Shown piece after piece: positions 12,101-22,800 of a stretch of DNA of 64,000 nucleotides (position 1 is the stretch's first letter; the number at the start of each line of letters is the position of its first letter). The stretch spans positions 6,262,001 to 6,326,000 of the forward strand of contig JAWMAR010000104.1 of the NCBI GenBank assembly GCA_036785375.1. The letters are read 5' to 3'. Origin of the DNA: Leucoraja ocellata (lineage: Eukaryota). The notes under the pieces are model-generated. The model did no database searches. It had not been told where the DNA came from and saw only the letters and a program-made list of their open reading frames with translations. Both the position numbers and the translations under genes were made by a program.

Positions 12101-14292
12101 CCACGTACAGAAATATTCAGATGATACAGCGATTGTGGCATGTGTAAGGAACGGGCAGGAGGAGGAATACAGGGACTTGGCCAGTTCCTTTTGTGCCTGG
12201 AGTGAAGAGAACTGTCTCATCCTGAACACAACTAAGACTAAAGAGATGGTGGTTAACTTTGGCAGGTCCAAGCTCCCCCTTCAGCCGGTCAACGCTGCTG
12301 GGGCTGACATTGAGGTGGTGCAGACATATAAATACCTTGGAGTGCACCTTGATAACAAACTGGACTGGTCTGTCAACTCTGACTCCCTCTACAAAAAAGG
12401 CCAGAGCAGACTCTTTTTCCTCAGAAGGCTCAAATCCTTCAATGTGTGTAGTGATATGCTGCACATGTTTTACAACACTGGGGTTGCAAGTGTTATTTTC
12501 TACGCTGTTGTCTGCTGGGGCAACAGCATTAGTGCAAAAAACACCAAGAAGCTGGTCAAACTGTTAAAACGAGCTAGCTCAGTGCTGGAGGGGAGAGTAG
12601 ACTCTGGGATGGATGTGATTGAGAGGCGTATGAGGCACAAGGTGCAGGTCATCCTGAAAAACCCTGGGCATCCCCTCCATGTAATTCTGGAGAGTCAAAA
12701 GAGCACTCGGAACAACAACCGGCTCCTCTCCCTGCCCTGTAGAACGGAGCGGTTCAGGAGATCCTTCACCCCTGCACCCATTAGATTTTATAATTTGGAC
12801 CGCTAGGCTGTAGGGGGATGCATTTTTGCAATTTTTAATTTTTAATTGTTAATTATTGGTCTTTTTAAGTATTTATTGCTCTCAGGAAGTGTCCACAGTG
12901 TATTCTATGTATTTTCTGTCTGCGTTCGTTTTGAATCTGTGGGTTTGTTGGTTGGGGGCTTCTGGACATCTGAATTTCCTTGAGGGGATCAATAAAGTAT
13001 TTAAAAAACAAAACAAAATAAAAACCTCCTAGCATCCTCCTCGCAGCTCACACTGCCACCCAGCTTTGTGTCATCCGCAAATTTTGAGATGTTACATTTA
13101 ATTCCCTCGTCTAAATCGTTAATATACAATGTAAACAACTGGAGTCCCAGCACCGAGCCTTGCGGCACACCCCTAGTCACTGCCTGCCATTCGGAAAAGG
13201 ACCCATTTAATTCCTACTCTTTGCTTCCTGTCTGCCAACCAGTTCTCTATCCATTTCAATACCCTACCCCCAATACCATGTGCTCTAATTTTGCACACTA
13301 AGCTCTTGTGTGGGACCTTGCCAAAGGGTTTTTGAAAGTCCAGATACACCACATCCACTGGCTCTCCCTTATCCATTCTATTGGTTACATCCTCAAAAAT
13401 AGCAAAAGATTATTCAAGCAGGATATCCCCTTCATAAATCCATGCTGACTTTGACCGATCCCATCATTACTTCACAAATGCGCTGTTATAACATCTTTAA
13501 TAATCGACTCCAGCATCTTCCCCACTACCGACGTAAGGCTAACTGGTCCATAATTCCCAGTTTTCTCTCTCCCTCCTTTCTTAAAAATGATCACCAATGC
13601 ATCCACGATTTCTTGGGCCACCTCCTTGAGTACTCTGGGATGCAGACCATCTGGCTCTGGGGATTTATCTGCCTTCAGTCCCAACAGATTACCTAACACC
13701 ATTTTGACTAATGTGGATTCCCTTCAGTTCCTCCCTCTCACTAGACCTTCAGTCCCCTAGTATTTCCAGGAGATTGTTTGTATCTTCCTTAATGAATACA
13801 GAACCAAAGTACTCATTTAACTGTTCTGCCATTTCCATGTTTCCCATTATAAATTCACCCGTCTCTGTCTGTAAGGGACCTACATTCGTCTTCACTAATC
13901 TTTTCCTTTTTTTACATACATCTAGTGACTTTTAGTCAGTTTTTATATTCCTGCAAGCTTTCTTTCATGCTCCCCCCCCCCTCTTAATTAACCCCTTTGT
14001 CCTCCTCTGTTGAGTTCTAAATTTCTCCCAGTCCTCTGGTTTGCCGCTTCTTCTGTATTATACATTTATATGCCTTTTCCGTGCTTTAACACTATCCTTG
14101 ACTTCCCTCGTCAGCCACGGTTGAGCCCAGTTTTGTTTTTTCGCCAGACAAGGATGTCCAATTTCTAGAGTTCGTCCATGCGGTCTTTAAATCTTCGCCA
14201 TTGCATCTCCACCGTCAACCCTTTAAGTATAATTTGCCAGTCTATCCTAGCCAATTCCCATCACGTACCTTCAAAGTCTCATTTATTCAAGT
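9193..14292 (-). mobile_element. 5'-truncated CR1 LINE, split by a Rex1/Babar insertion (CR1 parts about 9193-9882 and 13023-14292)
   Basis: Minus RT fragments (MDKGEPVDVVYLDFQKPFGKVPH; LKADKSPEPDGLHPRVLKE). The CR1 sequence GTCACCCTGCAACC/TCCTAGCATCC is continuous across the inner insert. Confidence 0.88.
9883..13022 (+). mobile_element. Near full-length Rex1/Babar-clade LINE (APE endonuclease + RT), two frameshifts
   Basis: Overlapping ORFs 10134-10358 (CFTETWL), 10211-11275 (GDFNH, LGKSDHN) and 11196-12806 (DFSSAFNTI, GAPQGTVL, KYSDD, YKYLGV). 3' end GGGATCAATAAAGTAT plus A-rich tail. Short TSD AACC at 9879-9882 and 13023-13026. Confidence 0.9.
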
Positions 14293-15089
14293 TTACACAA
14301 AAGGCTGTGAGATAAAGGAGTGAAGAAATACAAAATGTGAAGCCAGAGGAGGGAATATAGGTGGAAGGGGACCAGGAGGAGGGGAAGGGTTGTTGAAAGT
14401 TAGTTGCCTAAATTCAAGAGAGAGTTAGATTTAGCTCTTAGGGCTAAAGGAACCAAGGGATATGGGGGAAAAGCAGAAACGAGGTACTGATTTTAGATGA
14501 TCAGCCATGATCATATTGAATGGCAGTGCTGGCTCGAAGGGCTGAATGGTCTACTCCTGCACCTGTTTTTTTATGTTTCTAATTGAACATTTCACTGTTC
14601 ATATCAAAAGACACAAAATGCTGGAGAAACTCAACGGGTCAGGCAGCATCTCTGGAGAAAAAGGATGGTGACATTCCAGGTCGGGACCCTTCTTCAGACT
14701 GAGAGTAGGGGGTGGGTGGGGGGTGGGGGGGGGGGGGGGGGGGATTGAAGAGCTGGAGGTGAGAAAAGAGCAGGACTAATCAGGACCGACCTCAGGCAGG
14801 ATGGTGCCCTGGTTGGCCCAGTGTTGGCTAGGGAAGGTGTGATCAAAGATCATAGATCTTTGGGTGCAATCTCAAGAGGGAAACAATATGGAGAACTGTG
14901 GAACCGGTAATACGACCAAGATGGAGGAAGGGGGGGGGGGGGGAGGAGATTGTAAAAATTTAGTTAAAATTTGAGAATTCAAAATTCATACCACTGGGTT
15001 GTAAGCTACCCAAGTGGAATGTGAGGTGCGGTTCTCTAATTTGCGTGTGGTGGTTGGATTGTTGAGTTAGTGCGGCCATGCAGAAGATT

Positions 15090-15127
15090 CTGATTGGCGA
15101 GCAGTGGTTGAGTCATCAGTTGCCAGG
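15090..15127 (-). promoter_or_regulatory. MHC-II-type X1/X2/Y enhancer module (module 4, best candidate CIITA/RFX site of CD74)
   Basis: Minus strand CCTGGCAACTGATGACTCA, then a perfect Y box (CTGATTGG on + at 15090-15097). Lies 1.6 kb upstream of the CD74 ATG in non-repeat sequence. Confidence 0.75.
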
Positions 15128-15224
15128 TGAAGTCCGCTCTTTAAGAATAAGTTTTGTGTCGATGACTCACAAGTTGCAATAGCTGTTTGTCTGCTTTAGT
15201 CTTTCCTTTGAGTTTGGATGTAGT

Positions 15225-15648
15225 CAGTGCAGGATTTACGTATAAGCTAAACAAGCTATAGCTTAGGGCCCCACTTGCTAGGGGGCCCCCCGAAACAATT
15301 GATGGGCTCGAGGTCTAGGGGGGCCTCCAGCCAAGGCAGAACACCTACCGTTCAACTCTGGGTGGCCCCCCTCTCTATCTCTCTCTCACCATCTCCCCAG
15401 CTATCCGTGTCCGGGCCGCCGGGCTCCGCTCGCTCCTCATCCGCCGGCACGGCAGGCCGCCTTGCACATGCGCACAACCACGGCCAGCACATCATCGGCC
15501 GCCCTGCGCAGGCGCACTGCAACGGCAACTGGTCGGCACTGGGCACTTTCTCCCTCGCTTTGAATTGTGGGAGATTTGGCCGCCATGGCTGTTGGGGGCC
15601 TCACAAGTGGAACAGCTTAGGGCCTCTCTTCATCTAAATCCGCCACTG
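15225..15648. mobile_element. hAT-superfamily MITE
   Basis: TIRs CAGTGCAGGATTTA / TAAATCCGCCACTG. 8-bp TSD GATGTAGT (15217-15224) / GATGTAGG (15649-15656). Confidence 0.8.
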
Positions 15649-16519
15649 GATGTAGGGTTAGGATTATTCTATGCACAGGTACTATTGCTTTGTTTTGCAC
15701 CCCTTGGGGAAAGGTTCTGACTGTCTACCCTGTCTTTGTCTCTCTAGATTTTATATACGGCTATCTCGTCTTCCCTCAGCCTTCGAACTTCCAGACAGAG
15801 AAAACTATCCAAGACTGTCCAACCTCTCCTGAAGCTAATACGCCCCAATCCAGGCAGCATCCTGGTGAAATTGCTGTAAATATACCAGCCCCCTAAATCC
15901 CTACAATCAGTCTGAACCCAATTAACCTACAAACCTGCACGTTTGTGGAATTTTGGGAGGAAACCGGGGCATCCAGAGAAACCCACGCGGTCACAGGGTG
16001 AACGTGCAAACTCCACACACTCAGCACCCGCGGTCAGGACCAAACCCGGGTCTCTGGCACTGTGAGGCAGTGGCTCTACCCTCTGCGCCACTATTCCTCC
16101 ATCAGTTTGTGTTGTTTATTTTTGTATCTGCAGTTCCTAGTTTCTCTAGATGTGTACAAGACCTGTGTCTGTACTGTAGTTTAGTTTAGTTTGGCTTAGT
16201 TTAGTTGAGTTTATTGCCACGTTTACTGGAGGTACAGCAAAAAGCTTTTTTTGTGAGCGCTATCCAGTCGGCGGAAAAACTATACCTGATTACACTCGAG
16301 CCGTCAACAATGTACAGATACAGGATAAAGGGAATAATGTTTAGTTCTCGACCTGAAATATCACCTATTCCTTTTCCCCTGAGACGCTGCCTGACCGACC
16401 CTTGATGGTCCAAGGGTCTCCAATGGGGTAGAAGGGAGGTCAGGACTGCCCTCCAGTTGGTGAGAGGGTGGTTCAGTTGCTGATAACACAATTAGACAAA
16501 CACATTGCTGGTGCTTATA

Positions 16520-16620
16520 TTCGAGGGGCGGGTTTATATATGGTGAAGTACGGCAGGGACTTTCCAAGCTGCAGGAGAGCCAACTTCCTCGTTTTGGCTT
16601 TGTTGAGATTAAAACGTAGT
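16520..16620 (+). promoter_or_regulatory. CD74 proximal promoter: GC box, NF-kB site, PU.1/ETS site, TATA-like element
   Basis: GGGGCGGG 16525-16532; canonical kB GGGACTTTCC 16556-16565; ACTTCCTC (GAGGAAGT on minus) 16583-16590; ATTAAAA 16608-16614. All lie 90-180 bp upstream of the ATG. Confidence 0.7.
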
Positions 16621-16702
16621 GCCTGCCTTGCCCTGCACGCAGTCTGCACACACATCTCTCTAAGAGCTCTCCCTTCAGTCGACAGTGAAGTCCACCGTAA
16701 CC

Positions 16703-16814
16703 ATGTCAGCGAACGAGCAGCAGAACTCTTTGCTGCGAGACTCTCAACAGGATATAGCCAGCAACTCGGATGTGGAGTGAGAGGGGCTACCCCTGCTGCA
16801 GTGCCAGTCCACAG
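16703..16814 (+). CDS. CD74: CD74 exon 1 (cytoplasmic tail [25 protein letters not shown][fs][12 protein letters not shown])
   Basis: Kozak AACCATG; acidic-dileucine-like EQQNSLL; donor CAG|GTAAGG at 16815. 112 nt where 113 is needed, with TGA at 16778-16780 in the ATG frame. Confidence 0.85.
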
Positions 16815-19800
16815 GTAAGGTGTTAACCAAAGTCACTTTCCCATTCCCGATTCCCGGGTTCTGGGGCCTCAAGGATGGACCGCAACTAGGGTTGCCAACT
16901 TTCTCACTCCCAAATATAGGACAAACGGTCAAAATAAGGAACAAATTCTCGACGGCAATTCGTTGACCGACTTGGCCATGGCTGGGTGAATGATGAGTTG
17001 ATTGCACACACAGCCCAGCCGAGGGTCAGCTGAGGAGTTTTGGCCTGGGCGCGCGACGTCGTGCACAAAGTCCGGCACCCCATACACTCATGAATTGACG
17101 ATCGGCCATGAGAAGGAGGGTGGTGGTGTTGGCGTAAGCGAAGGTCCGAAGGTCGGACTGCCGACCGACCAGCCACGGGCGGGGCTGGACGCGGCACTCT
17201 GACCCGACAGTCCCCTCGACCCGAGTAGTAGCAGTCAAATACGGGACAAGGGCGGTCCCGTACGGGACAAACCAATTTAGCCCAATATATGGGATGTCCC
17301 AGTTAATACGGGACAGTTGGAAAACTTAACCGCAACTGTCCAGCACACTTTAGTTTATTGTCACGGGTTCTGAGGTGCAGTGAAAAGCTGGAATCCCAGA
17401 CCATCACACAAACCAACCTCCCTTCCATTGACAGTATACAGATACACTTCACGCTGCCTCGGCAAGACCACCAGAATAATCAAGGGCCAGTCTTTGGTAG
17501 ATACAAGGGAGGGGAGGGGGCGGGATTGATAGGCAGATGGTTGGAACAAAGGCCAGAGACAAAAGCAAGTGTGACATAAAAGGATTGAAGTTGCAAATGT
17601 GAAGCTAGAGGAAGGAATGTAGGTGAAAGAAGAGGGGGGGGGGAGAAATAGGTGTGAGTCTAGGATGGGGAGGAAGGGAAGGGGAGGAAGGGGGCTTGTT
17701 GGAGATTATCTAAAATTGGAGAATTCAATGTTCATACCATTGGGCGTAAGCGACCCAAGCTTAAATATAGAAACAAGTTTATTGAGTGCTGGAGGAACAG
17801 TATCTCTGTATCTCCGGAGGAATGTACAGGCGATGTTTTGAGTCGGGACCCTACTTCACACTTCTGCTTTCAGTTCATTGATGCATGAGATGTTTTGGGT
17901 CTAATTCAGGGAGTTAAAATAGTAAACTTTCAGGGGAAAACATAAAATAGGAAGTGTGATTTGCAGTCTGACAAAGCAATCTAAATATCAGATGTAGCCG
18001 AGGAGATTAGTTTAGCTTGGCATCATGGTCGGCACAGATATGGTGGCCGAAGGGCCTGTTCCGATGCTGTACTGTGCTGTATTAGTCACTGATCCTTCTG
18101 ATTTTGATTAATTGTTTGAAGGAAATCTGTGGGCAGTCACGTTGGCACAGCGGTAGAGTTGCTGCCTTACAGCAAAATGCAGTGCCAGAAACCCGGGTTC
18201 GATCACGACTACGGGTGCCGTCTGTATGGAGTTTGTACGTTCTCCCCGTGATCGGCGTGGGTTTTCTCCAAGGTCTTCGGTTTCCTCCCACGCTCCAAAA
18301 ACGTAGGTTAATTGGCTTGATAAAAATGTAAAATTGTCCAAGTTGGCGATATGCAGAGTACTGCCCCGCTGACTACAAAATTCAGAAGGTTCAGAAGGTT
18401 GTGGCTGTGTCATCCTTTATGTTTTAAAATTCTGGAAGTTTGAAGTTTAGTTGCTACATGTACCAAGGTACAGTGAAAAGCTTTTGTTGCGTGCAAACCA
18501 GTCAGTAGAAAGACTATACCTGATTACAATCAAGCCGTCTACAGTCTACAGATGAAGGGCATAACGATTATTGCAAGATAAAGTCTAGTGAAGTCTGATT
18601 AAAGATAGTCCGACGGGCATAGATAGAGTGGATGTGGAAAGATGTTCCACTGGTGGGAGAGTCTCGGACCAAAGGTGATAGCCTGGTCGCTCTTTTTAGA
18701 AAGGAGGTGAGGAGGAACTTCTTCATTGGCCAGACGGTAGTTAATCTGTGGAATTGCCACATAGGGCCGTGGAGGCCAAGTCAGTAGATTTATTTAAGGC
18801 AGAGATAGACAAATTCCTGATTAGAATGGATGTCAAGGGCTATGGGTGAAGGCAGAAAAATAGGGTTAGGAGGCAGAGATCAGCCATGATTTAGTGAGCT
18901 GGGAGGTCAGGACTGCTCTCTGGTTGGTGATAGTTGTGGACACAGCCCAGACCATCACACAAATAATCCTCCTTCCATTGAATCCAAGACCACCAGCATA
19001 ATCAAGGGACCAGTCTCACCCTGGTCACTCAATCTTCTCCCTCTCCCATCAGACAAGAGGTACAGAAGTGTGAAAATGCACACCTCCAGATTCAGGGACA
19101 ATTCCTTCCCCAGCTGTTATCGGGCAACTGAATCATCCTATCAACACCCAGAGAGTGGTCCTGACTTCCCATCTACCTCATTGGAGACCCTCGGACTATC
19201 TTTAATTGGAATTTAGCTTGCTCTAAACATTATTCCCTTTATCCTGTATCTGTACACTGTGGACAGCTTGATTGACATCATATATAGTCTTTCTACCGAC
19301 TGGTTAGCATGCAAGAACCTTTCACTCACTGTATGTTGGTACACGTGACAAAGACCGAACTATCTCCAATAGGTCCACATCGCCTGCCGAGCGACACCCA
19401 ATGCATTCAGAGGGAGAGAGACAATTGGCTGACTGTTGACTCACCAGTTGCCAGGGAGAAGTCGGAGATGAGGGAGAGTTTGAACCAGGACGTCATTAAA
19501 GAGCGAGCAGCTGCAATGTACAAAGGCAGATAATTAATTCCAGAGCTTGCAGCTAATCTCATAGACACAGGGAACTGCAGATGCTGGAAGCTTGAGCAAA
19601 ACACAAAGCGCTGGAGTAACTCAGCAGGTCAGGCGGCATCTTTGCAGAACATGGATAGGTGATTGGGGATGGGGGGAGAAAGCAGGGAGAGGTGAGGGTG
19701 GGACAAAGTCTGGCAAGTGGCAGGTGGATACAGGTAAGGGAGCTTGATTGGCAAATGGGTGGACAGAGATAGGAAGAAGTCATCTTCCTTGTGTCTGAAG

Positions 19801-22800
19801 AAGGGTTCCGACAGATGGTGCCTCTGACCCCGCCGAGTTACTCCAGCACTTTGGGTCTTCATTTTGTAACCCAGCATCAGCAGTTCCTTGTGTCTCCAAG
19901 ATTAAAAAAGGCTGCAAGATAAAGGAGATAAGGAGAGAAGAAATGCAAAATGTGAAGCCAGAGGAGGGAATATAGGTGGAAGGGGACCAGGAGGAGGGGT
20001 GGGTGAGGGGGAGGGTTATTGAAAGTTAGTTGCCTAAAATTCAAGAGAGAGTTAGATTTAGCTCTTGGGGATAAAGGAATCAACGGGGTACTGATTTTAG
20101 ATGAACAGCCGTGATCATATTGAATGGCAGTGCTGGCTTGAAGGGCCAAATGGCCTACTCCTGAACTCACTGTACCTCGGTACACATGAACTAACCAACT
20201 CCATTTCTGCCGAGCCACAGGTGGTATTCAGTGAGCATGGATTAAATTAAACTGAACTGAAAGAGGTAAAACGAGGAACTCAGCAGGTCAGGCAGCATCT
20301 GTGGAAGGGAACAGCCAGACAATGATTCAGATTGGGACCCTCCTTCAGACTGATGCAGTTGGTGGGGGCGGGACAAGGCCTGGCAACTAATAGGTAGATA
20401 AAGGGGACGGGGTTTTGTTGGCTGGAAGGGACAAAGACCAAGAGGTGAAAAGGTGACAAAAGGATGTCAGATTAAGGGATATGGGGAGGGGTGAAATGTA
20501 AAGCCGGAAGGAGGAATGTGGGTGGAAGGGGGCGGAGGGGATGGGAAGGGGGGGGGGGTGTATGGTGGGAGAAATGGGTGCACATCAGGGTGGAAGAGTG
20601 GCACAGCAAAGAGAGGGGGGAAGGGGGGGGGGGGGGAGGGGTTGTTACATAAAATTGGAGAATTCAATGTTCATGCCATTGCGTTAAAGTCATAGAATTA
20701 TAGCCATGCTGCATGGAAACAGCCCCTTCGGCCCGACTTGTCCATACCTGGATAGAATGGATGCAGAGAGGATGTTTCCACTCGTGGGAGATTCTAGGAC
20801 CAGAGGGCACAGCCTAAGAATAAAAGGACGTACCTTTAGAAAGGAGATGAGGAGGAATTTCTTTAGTCAGAGGGAGGTGAATCTGTGGAATTCTGACACA
20901 GACGGCTGTGGAGGCCGTCATTGGGTATTTTTAAGGTGGAGATTGACAGATTCGTGATTTAGTAACGGTTGTCAGGGGTTATGGGGAGAAGGCAGGAGAA
21001 TGGGGTTGAGAGGGAAATATAGATCTGAATGGCGGAGTACACAATGGGCCGAATGGCCTAATTCTGCTCCTAGAGCTTATAAATGTATGAATTTAAGCTG
21101 ACCAAGATCTCCCATCTATACCAATTATAAACCTTGAAAGATTTACATTTCCTGTTGTGGGGAATTTCCTGTTGTTGAACTGGTTTCACGCAATAAAAAC
21201 ACTTTTATAATTGTGAGTCTCTGGCATTCTCTCACCAAGTGGGAGTTCTTAGAATTAGGCTGACTGCTCTTTGATAAGGGCGGATTGTAAGTTTACTGTG
21301 GGTGGATTAGAATAGATGGTGTTGTGTTTGATGGGGCCAAAGGGCCTGTTTCTGTGCTGTCACTCTCCCTATGACTAGAGTCATACAGCATGGAAACAGG
21401 TCATTCGGCCCAACTTGCCCACGCCGACCACCATGCCCCATCTACACTAGTCCTACCTGCCCATTTTTAGGACCAGAAGGCACAGTCTCAGAGTAAAAGG
21501 ACGTACCTTTAGAAAGGAGACGAGGAGGAATTTCTTTAGCCAGGAGGTGGTGAATCCGTGGAATTCATTGCTAGAGATGGTGGTGGAGGCCTGGTCATTG
21601 GGTATTTTTAAGGAGATTGATAGGTTCTTGATTAGCATGGCGTCAAAGGTTATGAAAAGAAGGCAGGAGAAAGGGATTGAAAGGAAAAAAATAGATCAGC
21701 CATGATTGAATGGCGGAGTAGGACTGAATGGCCTGATTCTGACCCTGGTCTTATAAAACACCATAGTTAAGGAAGATTCAGGCAAAATACTGGTAAATAA
21801 GGTTAGTAAAGATGAGTGGCCAGCATGGACACGGTGGGCCGAATGGCCTGTTTCTGTGCTATGTGCGTTTATGTACCATCATCCGTTATGTGTAGGACGG
21901 TAATGCAGAGTCCGATAAAGGGTCTCGACCTGAAACGCCACCCATTCCTCTATCCAGAGACGCTGCCTGTTCCGCTGAGTTGCTTGCTGCGTTACTCCGT
22001 CACTCCAGCACTTTGTGTTCATCTTTGGTACAAACCATCATGACTTGGACACACACCAGGTGTAAATGCTGGAGGTTCCTCCCCATCAACACCATAGGAG
22101 TCAACAAAACCAACAGTTCATCAAGAGAAGGACTGCAGCCGTTCATGAGTGCGTCTCACCACCACTTTCTTGATGCCAATCAGGGAGTGATCTGGAAAAC
22201 ATGGATATGTGACACTTTGGGTTGGGACCCTTCTTCAGACTGTTGTGGCTTGGGAAGTGTGGGTGGGGGCAGGATGGGGAGGCGGGGAGAGTAGGATGGA
22301 AAACCCCCAACACAAAACCATGGCAAATCCACCTGGCCGTTTCCCCCTTGCTCATTTAACTTGGCATCATGCCAACACCAACACTGTGGGCCGAAGAGCC
22401 CGCTTCTGTGTTGTACTGTTCTATGTACACTGGGCTTATATTCTCTGGAATTTGGAAGGATGAGAGGATATCTTATAGAAACATATAAAATCCAGCCATG
22501 ATCACATTGTATGGCGGTGCTGGCTCGAAGGGCCGAATGGCCTACTTCTGCACCTATTGTCTATTGTCTATTGTCTAAAATTCTTAAGGGATTGGACAGG
22601 CTAGATGCAGGAAAAATGTTCTCCATGTATGTAAGTCCAGAACCAAGGGGTCACAGTTTAAGGATAAGGGGTAGGCCATTTTGGACTGAGATAAGGAACA
22701 AGTTTATCGCCCAGAGAGTTGTGAATCTGTGGAATTCTCTGCCACAGAAGGCAGTGGAGGCCAATCCACTGGATGTTTTCAAGAGAGAGTTAGATATCGA

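Noticed and set aside
14708-14743. Poly-G/poly-C tracts as functional G-quadruplexes (also about 856, 3853, 20625, 26385, 28361, 55399)
   Set aside because: Mostly lie within repeat-derived sequence, and homopolymer lengths are unreliable in this assembly.
16778-16780. Selenocysteine or stop read-through at the in-frame TGA codons (also 29514-29516)
   Set aside because: Read-through would not repair the splice phase. Both lesions are frameshifts, not isolated stops.
16468-16818. 116-aa ORF in frame with exon 2 as an N-terminally extended CD74 (p35-like)
   Set aside because: It starts in a repeat and crosses the promoter motifs. It reads the conserved EQQNSLL segment out of frame and joins the correct frame only because of the 1-nt deletion.
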